Source of the DNA: a virus
Length of the DNA stretch: 64,000 bases
Direction: 5' to 3' (one strand)
Virus record (IMG/VR): IMGVR_UViG_3300046680_000412
Coordinates: 17,975 to 81,974 of that record
Below are positions 19,250-28,913 of this stretch, piece after piece. The notes under the pieces were generated by a model. It was not told where the DNA came from, made no database searches, and saw nothing but the letters and a program-made list of their open reading frames with translations. How positions within the stretch are numbered: position 1 is the first letter of the stretch; each line of letters begins with the position of its first letter. The translations under genes were made by a program, and so were the position numbers.

Positions 19250-20688
19250 ACTTCGACGCAGCCTACGAAGACGCGGTTTTGGCCGAGTCGCTTCGCGACG
19301 AAGCGTTTCTGAAGCGCGCGGCGCGCGTGTGCCAAGAGCACCACTTCGCAAGCAAGGAGCGGTCTTGGTTGTGGGGCGTCATCCACGACAACTGGACCAA
19401 GTACCACGAACGCACCTCGGGCAAGATCATCGCGTCACGTGCCCGGCGAGACTTCGACAAGGCAGAGAAGCGCAAGCCCTACCTGCTTCTCGCCCGGAAG
19501 GTGTTTCGCGCGCGCGTCAAAGATCCGCGCGCTGTGCTCGAAGAGCTTGAGCGCTTTGTCAGGCACGTCGGCATTCAGCTCGCGATCGAAGAGTCTGCGA
19601 CGCTCTTGGAGAAGGGCAAGATCGATGACGCCGAGAAGGCGATCGAGAAAGCTTCGCGCGGCGTTGTTCGGCAACGCAACTACACGCACATTCGCTGGAT
19701 CGAAGGCTTCAAAGAGCGGCAGGCGCAGCGCAAATACGAGCGCGATCACCCTGACGAGTTCACTACGATTCCGCTCGGCTTCCCCCGGATCGATAAGACG
19801 CTTTCGGGCGGCGGTCGCAAGGGTGAGCTCGCGCTGATCATGGGCACGACCGGACGCGGCAAATCGATCTTTCTCACCAACAGCGCACAGGCGTGCGTGG
19901 CGCGTGGCTACAACGCGATCTACTTCGGATTCGAAATGCCAGCGCGTCAGATCGCCGCGCGGCAGGACTCGCGATGGACAGGCCTGCAGTATCAGAAGTT
20001 CAAGGGCTTCGACTTCAAGCCGAGCGAGTTGCGCACGATTCGCGCGCGCTTGCGCAAGGCGCGAAAGCGTTTTCGTAACCGCCTGCACATCGTGTCGATG
20101 CCGGTGCGTTCCGCCACGATCACGGATGTGCGCAACGCCATCGAAGACATCCGACAGGATCACGGTTTTCAGGCCGACGCGATTTTTTTGGACAGCGCCG
20201 ATCATTTGCGCGCGCTCGAAACCTACGGCGGCAACTTTCGTCTGCAGCAAGCCGAGGTCTACTGGGCCGCGAAGGAGCTCGCCGAAGAAGACGGCTACTT
20301 CGTCATGTCGTCGACTCACGCGGGCAGGGAGTGGGCGACGAAAGTCGCCACAGCCGAAGCGAGCAGCGAAGCCTACGACAAGAGCCGGATCGCGGACATG
20401 GTGATGTCACTCAACGACCCGGCCGAAATGAAGCGGAAGGGCCGCAAGACGGTACTTGCAGATGATGACGACGACGAAGACTTCGACGACGGCGGCGAAG
20501 AGCTCGGCGAGCCCGTGGTGAAAGAGGGCGCCAAGCTGATGGAACTGTATTTGGGCAAGTATCGAGACGGCGATTCGCGGTTCATGGTCAACGTGGAGTG
20601 CGACTTTGCTTGCATGACGATGAAGGAAACTCGGGAGGCCGATCATGGCGGCGACGACGATGAAGACGACGAAGACGAGCTCGACTGA
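19246..20688 (+). CDS. dnaB: Replicative DnaB-like (SF4) helicase
   Basis: GELALIMGTTGRGKS, FEM, FLDSADHL, KYRDG; acidic tail. Confidence 0.88.
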   Translation: MNFDAAYEDAVLAESLRDEAFLKRAARVCQEHHFASKERSWLWGVIHDNWTKYHERTSGKIIASRARRDFDKAEKRKPYLLLARKVFRARVKDPRAVLEELERFVRHVGIQLAIEESATLLEKGKIDDAEKAIEKASRGVVRQRNYTHIRWIEGFKERQAQRKYERDHPDEFTTIPLGFPRIDKTLSGGGRKGELALIMGTTGRGKSIFLTNSAQACVARGYNAIYFGFEMPARQIAARQDSRWTGLQYQKFKGFDFKPSELRTIRARLRKARKRFRNRLHIVSMPVRSATITDVRNAIEDIRQDHGFQADAIFLDSADHLRALETYGGNFRLQQAEVYWAAKELAEEDGYFVMSSTHAGREWATKVATAEASSEAYDKSRIADMVMSLNDPAEMKRKGRKTVLADDDDDEDFDDGGEELGEPVVKEGAKLMELYLGKYRDGDSRFMVNVECDFACMTMKETREADHGGDDDEDDEDELD

Positions 20689-21520
20689 GACAGAGATCGT
20701 GGGCAACAGTCTGCTTCGCTGGCGCTGGGAGTGCGCGGCGAACTGGCTCGAAGTGCGCGACGCGGACTCATTGGTATTCGTGTGCGACGCGTTCGAGGCC
20801 ATGCGGCTGATCCCCGACGGCGTGGTCGATTTGATCATCACCGATCCTCCGTACGCGTCGCTCGAAAAGTATCGCGATAGCAAGGCGCGCATTCGCAAGT
20901 ACGAGCGAGAGAAGGCGGCGGGCCTACTGACGGGCACGCGCATCCCGCGCTTGCGCGAGTGGTTCCCGATCATGCAGAACGACCGCTTCCCGGAGCTGTT
21001 GTCCGAGCTGTATCGTGTGCTCGCGCCGGACTCGCATTGCTACATCTTTTGCGACGACGAAACGAGCGACGTGATTCGTGCCGCTGTGATGGCCATGGCC
21101 GATGCGCGCGGAGGCAAAGATTGTTTCGTGTGGTGGAAGCGAATCGTGTGGGACAAGCTTCATCGCGGGCAAGGCTACCACTACCCGAATCAACACGAGT
21201 TCATCGTGTTTCTTGAGAAGGGCAAGCGCAATCTCAACACGCATAGCCATGCGTCGGTGCTGCCGTGCAAGCGCGTGAGTAAGACGACGCTGGGCGGGCG
21301 CGCGCCGGGGCCGACAGAGAAACCCGTGAGCGTGTGCGCGAAGCTGATCGAAAATAGTTCGAAGCCCAAAGACCTGGTGTTCGATCCGTTTTGCGGCCGC
21401 GGCGCAACGGGTGTCGCCGCGCTCTATGCAGGCAGGCAGTTCTTGGGGCTCGACGTGCAGCGTAAAGCAGTGCGGATTTCGCGTGCGCGGCTACGTGAGG
21501 TCGAAATGGTCGTGGCGTAG
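20645..21520 (+). CDS. Orphan N4C/N6A DNA methyltransferase (start uncertain)
   Basis: DLIITDPPY precedes PTEKP and DPFCGRG (beta-class order). Confidence 0.9.
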   Translation: MAATTMKTTKTSSTETEIVGNSLLRWRWECAANWLEVRDADSLVFVCDAFEAMRLIPDGVVDLIITDPPYASLEKYRDSKARIRKYEREKAAGLLTGTRIPRLREWFPIMQNDRFPELLSELYRVLAPDSHCYIFCDDETSDVIRAAVMAMADARGGKDCFVWWKRIVWDKLHRGQGYHYPNQHEFIVFLEKGKRNLNTHSHASVLPCKRVSKTTLGGRAPGPTEKPVSVCAKLIENSSKPKDLVFDPFCGRGATGVAALYAGRQFLGLDVQRKAVRISRARLREVEMVVA

Positions 21521-21523
21521 CCC

Positions 21524-21748
21524 GTGAACAAGAAATTCATTCGGCCTGCTGTGAGGATCGCGGCCGCGATTGCGGCCATGGACGCGAGACGCAAAGAGCG
21601 TGGCGAGGACCCTGTCTGGCCGGAGGCCGAGATGCGCAAGCTCAAAGCGCTTGGCTCGCGACTTGTCGTGTTGGAGGGCGACACGACTGACGCGCCTGCA
21701 GGCGAGATATGGTTGCGCGTGACGATGTTGGACGGGACAGAGATCTAA
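21524..21748 (+). CDS. Hypothetical protein
   Basis: 74 aa, fills operon gap. Confidence 0.5.
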   Translation: MNKKFIRPAVRIAAAIAAMDARRKERGEDPVWPEAEMRKLKALGSRLVVLEGDTTDAPAGEIWLRVTMLDGTEI

Positions 21749-21761
21749 AGGAGCCCCGCGA

Positions 21762-21914
21762 ATGAGCACAGACGAACTGCCCGAAAAGTTTCCGCGAGAG
21801 CGGCGGCGGCGTGAGCGCACGAAGCTCGACGGCGTTGCCGCTCGAAAGCGCAAGCTGAAGTCGCGCGAGTCCGCCAAGGTTGCGCGCGCGACGCGCAAGA
21901 AACAGCGACGCTAG
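21762..21914 (+). CDS. 50-aa very basic protein (not in ORF track)
   Basis: AAGGAG RBS; MSTDELPEKFPRERRRR...; TAG overlaps the primase GTG. Confidence 0.55.
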   Translation: MSTDELPEKFPRERRRRERTKLDGVAARKRKLKSRESAKVARATRKKQRR

Positions 21915-22963
21915 TGCGCTTCGACATCGAAGATTACGTGAACGCGAACCTGACGAATGCCAAGTCTGTGCAAGCAGGCAACGGTCAAGAGATGACAGCC
22001 GTCTGCCCGGCGTGCGATCGCTACGGCGGGTTTTACGTCAACATCGAGACGGGCGCGTACGTGTGTTGGAAGTGCGACTTTCGCGCGCATACGGTGGTGG
22101 GGCTCGTCGCTGAGGTCGAAGACATTTCGTGGAGTGAGGCGCGCGGCTTCATCTTCACGCGCAGCGTCAAGCTGCGCCGCAAGCAAGATGTGTTTTCGCT
22201 GGCCGATCGCGTGAGGGCGATCCGGCCGCACGCGATCGTGGAAGACGAAGAGCCGGCGCCGAACGTCAACGTCGAGCTGCCCGAATACTACGTGCAGATC
22301 TATGATCCGGACCGCGCGACGCCGTGGCAGTTTCCGCGCTATCTCAAGGAGCGCGGGATCACGGCGGCCGCGGCCAAGTCGTGGGGCCTCGGGTATTGCC
22401 GAAAGGGCAAGTATGGCGACCGGTTGATCATTCCGATCAGTTGCCCGGCTGGCGAGTCATGGACCGCGCGTGCGATGTCAGATGATGTGTTCGGTCCGAA
22501 GTATTTGAACCCGCCCGGCGCCGACCATCGGCGTCTGCTCATCGGCTGGCACGTCTCACGGGTGACAGGCGACATCGTGCTTTGTGAGGGGCCGCTCGAT
22601 GCCGTGCGCCTCTATCAGCACGACTTGCCGGCGCTGGCGCTGGGCGGGAAGGAACTCCACGACGAGCAGCTGGCGATGCTGCGGTCGCTGCCTCCCAAGG
22701 CCGCGGTGACGATCATGCTCGACCCTGAAGAAGAGGTCGCGCCGTTCAAGCTGGCCGAGCGGCTGAGCCTGCATTTCGAGCAAATCTACATCGCCAAGCT
22801 GCCGCTGCGAACCAAGGCAGGCAAGAAGCTGGACCCGGGCGAGTCGACCCGCAAGCAGGCGCACAGAGCCGTGGACGAGGCCGTCTTGTGGCGCTCGTCC
22901 CGGGGCCCGAAGCTTTCGGCCATGCTTCGACAATCACGGAAAGCCTGGGAAAAAAGATGGTGA
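21914..22963 (+). CDS. dnaG: DNA primase (Zn finger + TOPRIM)
   Basis: CPAC...CWKC, RLIIP, KYLN, CEGPLDA, LDPEE. Confidence 0.9.
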   Translation: MRFDIEDYVNANLTNAKSVQAGNGQEMTAVCPACDRYGGFYVNIETGAYVCWKCDFRAHTVVGLVAEVEDISWSEARGFIFTRSVKLRRKQDVFSLADRVRAIRPHAIVEDEEPAPNVNVELPEYYVQIYDPDRATPWQFPRYLKERGITAAAAKSWGLGYCRKGKYGDRLIIPISCPAGESWTARAMSDDVFGPKYLNPPGADHRRLLIGWHVSRVTGDIVLCEGPLDAVRLYQHDLPALALGGKELHDEQLAMLRSLPPKAAVTIMLDPEEEVAPFKLAERLSLHFEQIYIAKLPLRTKAGKKLDPGESTRKQAHRAVDEAVLWRSSRGPKLSAMLRQSRKAWEKRW

Positions 22964-23152
22964 GTTGAAGCGTATCGGTACTTACTCATAGAAAACGCCA
23001 CGCACTCACCTGCTTCGAGTCGTCAACAAAGCGGCTATGTGATCCGGTGTGTTTTCAGTGCGCGTTGAAGCGACCTGGTAGTTTCCTATGTCGTTGGCGA
23101 GCGACTCATGCGCTTGACCGCGCGTGTGTTCGCGCGTTATCACCGGCGCCCC

Positions 23153-24262
23153 ATGGGTTCAGCGAGTGAGCGTCACGATGCCCGCGGTCGCGAAAAAGTG
23201 CAGTGTCGCGATTGCTCGAAATGGTTCCACCGTGTGGATCATCACGTGTCGTCTCTGCATGATGACGTCGACGCCTATCAGGCGCGTCATCCAGGCGCGC
23301 CGCTGATGTCAGAGACTGCACGTCGTAAGGTATCGTCGAGCCTCGACGATTGCTCATTCAAGTTCGGAGTTGCGCGCATGCGCCTACGAGAGAACGACGA
23401 GCATTCGCAGGGCTTTGTGCCCGTGCACGACGAAGATTGGACGCTCGGCACGGTAGAGCGCGAGGCGCTCGACGCTCTGGCTCTCGCCATGGAGGACAAC
23501 GAGAACGTCCTAATCGTGGGACCTCCCGGTGTCGGCAAGTCCACGCTGGTCAAGGAGTTGGGCGCGATCACCAACACGCCGCTGCGGCGCATGCCGTTTC
23601 GGGGCGACATGCGCGTGAGCGACCTCGTCGGCGCAAAGACGCTTTCGGTCGATGAAGCGTCAGGGCAGTCGGTCACGATCTACGAGCACGGCGTTTTGCC
23701 GGACGCGGCGCGGCATGGGCACTGGTTCTTGATCGACGAAATCGACGCGGGCCCGGCCGAAGTCATGTTTGTGCTCTTCCCCGTGTTGGAGTCGCCGCGT
23801 TCGCTGATGCTTGCGAACAAGGGCGGAGAGCAGATCGATTTCGATCCGCGCTTTCGCGTGATTGCTACAGCCAACACGCTCGGTTGGGGTGACGAGTCGG
23901 GTCTGTACGCAGGCACGACGCCGATGAACGAAGCCTTGCTCGATCGCTTTCACACGGTGATTACGCTCGACTATCCTGACGTCACGAGCGAGATCAAGCG
24001 CCTTGTGCAGGCGTCCGGGATCTCGCCTGACATCGCGCAGAAGATGGTGGCGACGGCGACGAAGATTCGCGACGCGCAGAAAGCTGATTCTGTGGCGTCG
24101 AGTTTTTCGCCGCGTCGCCTGATGATGTGGGCACGCAAAGCCGCGCGCATGGGCGACCCGGTTCGGGCCGCGGCGTACACCGTGACCAATCGTTTGCCGC
24201 GCGAAGAAAGCATCTTTGTCGCAGGCATCATTCAGCGTCACTTCGGCGGAGGTACGCCGTGA
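23153..24262 (+). CDS. MoxR/CobS-like AAA+ ATPase with N-terminal C2H2 finger
   Basis: GPPGVGKS, DEID, ATANT, NEALLDRF, SPRRL. Confidence 0.88.
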   Translation: MGSASERHDARGREKVQCRDCSKWFHRVDHHVSSLHDDVDAYQARHPGAPLMSETARRKVSSSLDDCSFKFGVARMRLRENDEHSQGFVPVHDEDWTLGTVEREALDALALAMEDNENVLIVGPPGVGKSTLVKELGAITNTPLRRMPFRGDMRVSDLVGAKTLSVDEASGQSVTIYEHGVLPDAARHGHWFLIDEIDAGPAEVMFVLFPVLESPRSLMLANKGGEQIDFDPRFRVIATANTLGWGDESGLYAGTTPMNEALLDRFHTVITLDYPDVTSEIKRLVQASGISPDIAQKMVATATKIRDAQKADSVASSFSPRRLMMWARKAARMGDPVRAAAYTVTNRLPREESIFVAGIIQRHFGGGTP

Positions 24263-25989
24263 AGGGAAAGGCTGTTTGCTCCGAGCTGCTCGGCTTGGCC
24301 GGACCGTTCACGCGGATTGCGCGCGCGATGTCTTCCGAGTGGAAAATTAGGATCGTGCCGTCGGGCGCGCGTTGTGACACTGACGGCGAAGTGATCCGCA
24401 TCCCGTTTACGTCGGACTATCTGCCGCGTGAGCAGCGGCATTGGCTGCACGGCATGCTCGACCATGAAGTGTGCCACGTGGCAGAAGAGCGCCGGCATCG
24501 CGAAGCCAAGCGCATAACGCCGATCGAGGTGTTGAAGGGCCAGACCGATAGCCGCATGAAGCTTCTTTTGAACGTGGTCGAAGATGTGCGGATCGAGAGC
24601 CGCTACAGCGCGCTCTATGTGGGCGTGGCGCAGAACTTGGAAGCGATCAATGTGAAGGCCGCGCAGGACTGGGCGGCGCGCTCGACGGCGTGCGAAAACT
24701 GGTGGAGCTGTTTCGCTGCCGCGATGATTTTGCGTGCGCACGGGCTCGATGCGTCGTGGGCCGACGAGGAATACGGCGACTACCTGAGCGCGTGCCAGGC
24801 CGAGCTACGCGACATGCGAACGGGCGTTGGCGAATGGGTTGACGCTTCGCTGGCGCTCGCCGCGCGCATCTTCGCCAAGGTCAAGCATGTGCACGAAGAC
24901 AAGACAGACAAGGGCGAAAGCAAGGGAGGCGAAGACGACGAGGACGATGGCGAGAGCGAGAGCGAGAGCGAGAAGTCAACAGCGGAAGACCAGCCGGAAG
25001 TCGTCGACCTCACCGAGATCGTTCGCAGCGCGATGGAAGAGTACGTGATCCACGACGCCGTCGAACATCAGCGCTACATCCCGCATCCAAAGGCGCAAGC
25101 GCTCGACATCGTGAGCGAGTCCGAATCGAACATGTACGTGTATTCCGCGGCGCGCGCCGAAGTGCTGCCGCAAATCCGTGTCTTGCGCCAGAAGCAGCGC
25201 GCGCTGGTATCGGCCTGGACGCGCCGGCGCGTGCGCTCGGGTCGCGATCGCGGCGATGTGGACGATCACACGCTGGCGGACGTGCGCACGGGCTCGCAGG
25301 ATCTATTCACCGAGCTGACGCAAAAGCGTCTTTTGAACACCGCGATTACGGGCCTGGTCGACTGCTCCGGCTCCATGCGCACCAACCGCGACGCGAGTCA
25401 CGGCGCGTACTATGCCGTGCGCACTGCGGTGGCGTTGGTCGAGACCTGGTCGGCGCTCGGCATTCCAAACGAGTGGCTCGGCTACACTGCGCTGGACTCG
25501 ACTGCCACGGGGATTGTGCCCGCGGATTTGAGCGGGCCGTATTTTTGTCGGCCGCCGCTTCGGCACATCGTGTTCAAGGCGTTCGAAGAGAACTTGCGCG
25601 CTACACGCGCGCGCTTCGGCGGCATCTCCGGGTATGGCAGCAACGTCGACGGCGAGGCCGTGCTGTGGGCGTGGCAGCGGCTGATGGTGCGACGTGAGCC
25701 GCGTAAGATCCTGGTTGTGATTTGTGATGGCCAGCCGGCGACGTGGAACGGCTGCGAAGACGAAAAGGAAGTGGCCGACTACGGCGCGTTGCAGGCGCAT
25801 TTGCGCGACGCGATCTTGCGCGTGACGCGCTCGGGCGTGGAAGTGATTGGGTTCGGTGCCGGCACCGAGGCGCCGCGCATGTTCTACAACGCGCGCACGG
25901 GCGCAAAGTTTGTTTACGTGAGCAGCATTGCGACGCTGGCGCTCGATGTTTTCCGGGCGATGAAGCAGCGCGTGACAGACCTTGCATGA
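24259..25989 (+). CDS. CobT-like vWA protein with N-terminal HExxH domain
   Basis: GGAGG RBS; HEVCH...NVVEDVRIE; acidic linker; MIDAS DCSGS and ICDGQP. Confidence 0.85.
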   Translation: MKGKAVCSELLGLAGPFTRIARAMSSEWKIRIVPSGARCDTDGEVIRIPFTSDYLPREQRHWLHGMLDHEVCHVAEERRHREAKRITPIEVLKGQTDSRMKLLLNVVEDVRIESRYSALYVGVAQNLEAINVKAAQDWAARSTACENWWSCFAAAMILRAHGLDASWADEEYGDYLSACQAELRDMRTGVGEWVDASLALAARIFAKVKHVHEDKTDKGESKGGEDDEDDGESESESEKSTAEDQPEVVDLTEIVRSAMEEYVIHDAVEHQRYIPHPKAQALDIVSESESNMYVYSAARAEVLPQIRVLRQKQRALVSAWTRRRVRSGRDRGDVDDHTLADVRTGSQDLFTELTQKRLLNTAITGLVDCSGSMRTNRDASHGAYYAVRTAVALVETWSALGIPNEWLGYTALDSTATGIVPADLSGPYFCRPPLRHIVFKAFEENLRATRARFGGISGYGSNVDGEAVLWAWQRLMVRREPRKILVVICDGQPATWNGCEDEKEVADYGALQAHLRDAILRVTRSGVEVIGFGAGTEAPRMFYNARTGAKFVYVSSIATLALDVFRAMKQRVTDLA

Positions 25990-26761
25990 AGGGATCTATA
26001 TGGCCGGTGACGACGAGCGGATCTATCAAGGGGTCGAGAAGTTGGTACGGCCGATCTTGGAGTCGAACGCTCGGCGCTTTGAGCGACAGCTCAATTTGAC
26101 CCGCGAAGAAGCGCTTCAGGAGGCGCGCCTTGGATTGATTTGCGCGCTCGCCAAGTATGACTACAACGCTTCGCGCGGCGGCATTTACAATTTCGCCAAG
26201 ATTGCGGTGCGGCGTCACTTTCTGAAGGAGTGGGCGAAGTACCGGACGCAGTGTCGACTGCCGCATCTCATCGTGGAGAAAGACGGCAAGCGCGAGCCTC
26301 TGTGGCTGCCGTTCGAAGAGCCGAAGCTCATGCGCGAAAACTGGCGCGGAGGCAGCAACAACAAGATAGCCAGGAACACGCACGCAGGCCCGCCCGACTT
26401 CTTGGACCTGATCGAATCCCCGGTGTCGGCGCCTGACGCTTCGCTTGCTGAAGCCGATGAAGAGCGCACTGCGTCGGCGTTTCAGGTGCAGCTAGCCGGC
26501 GTGTTGAGTGAGCGCGATCGACACGTGTTGGAGTGCAAGTCGAACCCTCCCCGGGGCTTGCGCATGCTGATGCTGGATGAGCTCGCGACCGAGCCGACGA
26601 TCCCATTGATTTGTCGATTTTTGGGGCTGTCGAAGAACGAAGTTGATTGGGCGTTGCGCCGCATTCGGGAAGCGGCGCTTGAACTGATCTCGCGCGATTT
26701 CAGCGACCTGACCGATTCCACGATAGTTCGTACCTACGTGGATAGGCATACCTGTGACTGA
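25982..26761 (+). CDS. Phage sigma70-family sigma factor (start may be ATG 26000)
   Basis: Region 2-like EEALQEARLGLICALAKYD...NFAKIAVR; C-terminal HTH-like ICRFLGLSKNEV. Confidence 0.75.
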   Translation: MHEGIYMAGDDERIYQGVEKLVRPILESNARRFERQLNLTREEALQEARLGLICALAKYDYNASRGGIYNFAKIAVRRHFLKEWAKYRTQCRLPHLIVEKDGKREPLWLPFEEPKLMRENWRGGSNNKIARNTHAGPPDFLDLIESPVSAPDASLAEADEERTASAFQVQLAGVLSERDRHVLECKSNPPRGLRMLMLDELATEPTIPLICRFLGLSKNEVDWALRRIREAALELISRDFSDLTDSTIVRTYVDRHTCD

Positions 26762-27686
26762 AACGACAGAGACGACGCTCGACTATGGCCGGAAGCTGCC
26801 TGTGTGTTTGCGCAAGTACGACCGGGGCAATCCGGAGTGCGACGGGCGGCCGCGCGCGCGCACGCCCGAGGAACGCATGCCGTGCGTGTATCGGGACCGG
26901 TGTGTGGCTCTGCAGCGTCTTGTGCGCGTGCAGGGCCACAAGGCGCGTGACTTGCTCAAGCTTCGCAAAGTGCGCGACCCCGATGGCAAGCGCCGGGTGT
27001 ATGCGTTCGCAGTAGGGGACAGCGAGGCCTTTCAGCAGTGGCTGACGCGCGCGATTGATCGCTACGGCATTCGCAATGGCCGACTCACGATCCGTCATCC
27101 GGACGAAGAGAAGCCGCGCAAGCCGCGCAAGGTCCGTAGTCGCAGCGACGAGAGCAAGCGAAAGAGCGTTCATGCGCTCGTCAAGGCGCGGCAGTTTGCG
27201 ACGCGCGCGCTACGCGAAAAGTCACGCAAGGATCTGGCTGCGACACGAAAGCTGGTTTTGTGGTTCGTGTCGCGGCTGCAGCGTGCGCTTCAGCGGACAT
27301 TGGCCGCAGATCAGGCGAGCGCGGAAGTCGGGCAACTGTTTTTGATCGATCGCTTCAAGTCGTCTCGCTACGTGACCTTGTACGCGAAGAGCATCAAGCG
27401 CGATTTGAATGGCAGGCGCAAACGGATCTCGCGGCGGCCGATCGCGCGCGCCGTGTTGGCCGTGCGCACGCACAGTCTGCAGTTTCATTTTCCGTTCGAT
27501 CGCGCGACGCTCGAATCACTTCTGTCGGCTCAGGCGCTGAAGAAGGTTTCGCCCGTGGATTTTGTGGAAGGGCGATTTCTTTCGTCTACCTGCCTGGTGA
27601 GCAAGGAAGGCGCATCGCTCGCCGCGGAAGTGATCGCGCGGGCATTTCACAAGGGCATCATTCGGCTGCCGGCCGCGGAGTCATGA
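26754..27686 (+). CDS. Basic hypothetical protein with N-terminal Cys cluster
   Basis: 310 aa, overlaps sigma stop. Confidence 0.7.
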   Translation: MTETTETTLDYGRKLPVCLRKYDRGNPECDGRPRARTPEERMPCVYRDRCVALQRLVRVQGHKARDLLKLRKVRDPDGKRRVYAFAVGDSEAFQQWLTRAIDRYGIRNGRLTIRHPDEEKPRKPRKVRSRSDESKRKSVHALVKARQFATRALREKSRKDLAATRKLVLWFVSRLQRALQRTLAADQASAEVGQLFLIDRFKSSRYVTLYAKSIKRDLNGRRKRISRRPIARAVLAVRTHSLQFHFPFDRATLESLLSAQALKKVSPVDFVEGRFLSSTCLVSKEGASLAAEVIARAFHKGIIRLPAAES

Positions 27687-27690
27687 ACCC

Positions 27691-28584
27691 ATGCGCATCT
27701 GTGTCAATGGGGGCGACGTCGTTGGGTTGATTGCGGCGTACCTATGCCGCGGGCGCGGGCATACGGTGGTGATCGTCGAGCCATCGAAAACGCTGGGCGC
27801 ATCGGCGTACTTGCCCACGCACAAGTACCTCGAACGCACGCCGGAAGTGCTGCGACTGCTCGACGGACTTGGCGTGCTGTATGGCGAATACACGCTCGCC
27901 ACGGGGCTGTTGCGATCGGGCCAAGTGGCGCTGTGTCCGCGGCGTGTCTCGGACGCCGTGCATCATGCGCATTGGCGCAAAACGCGTTTGACTGCGATGC
28001 CCGTGCACTCGGCCGGCTTGAGCGATCCCGAGGTGACGTCGAAACGCTATGCGGTGTCGCTCGACTGGCGGGATTTGGTCAAGCGCTTGTCGACCGGTCA
28101 GAAGGTCGTGCGCGACATCAGTAGCCTGGGCGGGCCGGTGGATTTGGTGCTTGAGACGGTGCCGCTCTGGGAATCGAAGTTTGTGAAGACTGAAGGCGCG
28201 CGCGATGCCATGGCGGTCACGCTGAACTTGCTGTCGGTGCGGGCGAACAAAGACCGGTATCTTCGATGGGACGTCGTCTATACGCCTCACACGCCGGGCA
28301 ACGCCATTCACCGGCTGTACCACGGGGACGAAAGCGGATACGTCTGCGAGTTCTCAGGAGTCGTTGCAGAAGACGCCGTGACCTCGGACCTCAACTATTT
28401 GTTTCCGGACGGCTGGCACGACGACGGGGAGCTTCTCGCCACCTACGGAAAGCTGGTCGCGTTGCAAGAGCGCCCGATGTGGGCCGACAACGTGCGCGCG
28501 GTCGGCCGCATGGCGGCGTGGGACGAAGGCGCGTCGCTGACGCGGGTCGTGCGTGACGTGCTGAACGCCGTAGGAGGCGCCTAG
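27691..28584 (+). CDS. Rossmann-fold (FAD/NAD-binding-like) protein
   Basis: MRICVNGGDVVGLIAAY...VVIVE; C-terminal VGRMAAW. Confidence 0.55.
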   Translation: MRICVNGGDVVGLIAAYLCRGRGHTVVIVEPSKTLGASAYLPTHKYLERTPEVLRLLDGLGVLYGEYTLATGLLRSGQVALCPRRVSDAVHHAHWRKTRLTAMPVHSAGLSDPEVTSKRYAVSLDWRDLVKRLSTGQKVVRDISSLGGPVDLVLETVPLWESKFVKTEGARDAMAVTLNLLSVRANKDRYLRWDVVYTPHTPGNAIHRLYHGDESGYVCEFSGVVAEDAVTSDLNYLFPDGWHDDGELLATYGKLVALQERPMWADNVRAVGRMAAWDEGASLTRVVRDVLNAVGGA

Positions 28585-28913
28585 TGCCCACCCTGGACGA
28601 GTTGCGTCGTTGGGCCCGAGGCGAGCGCGTGGAGGGCTTGCCGAGCGCGCCAGCACGTCCGGAAGTGCCGAAGCCGGTACTCAGCGCCGGGGCGCACAGC
28701 AAAAGCGGCAGATACAAAGTGAACAGCGAGGGGACCGACGCGCTCTTGCTATTTGGCACGGTGTTCAACGGCGAGAAGCTGTCGGTCGTGGTGACGACGC
28801 CGCGCGGGCGCAAATACATGAACTGGATTCTTGAACGCGATTTCGACGACGTTCTCAAGGCGGTGTGTCGCTATCGACTCGAAGTCTACCAACGTGAGCG
28901 CGAGGCCAAGTGA
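28584..28913 (+). CDS. Hypothetical protein
   Basis: GGAGG RBS; coupled on both sides. Confidence 0.6.
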   Translation: MPTLDELRRWARGERVEGLPSAPARPEVPKPVLSAGAHSKSGRYKVNSEGTDALLLFGTVFNGEKLSVVVTTPRGRKYMNWILERDFDDVLKAVCRYRLEVYQREREAK

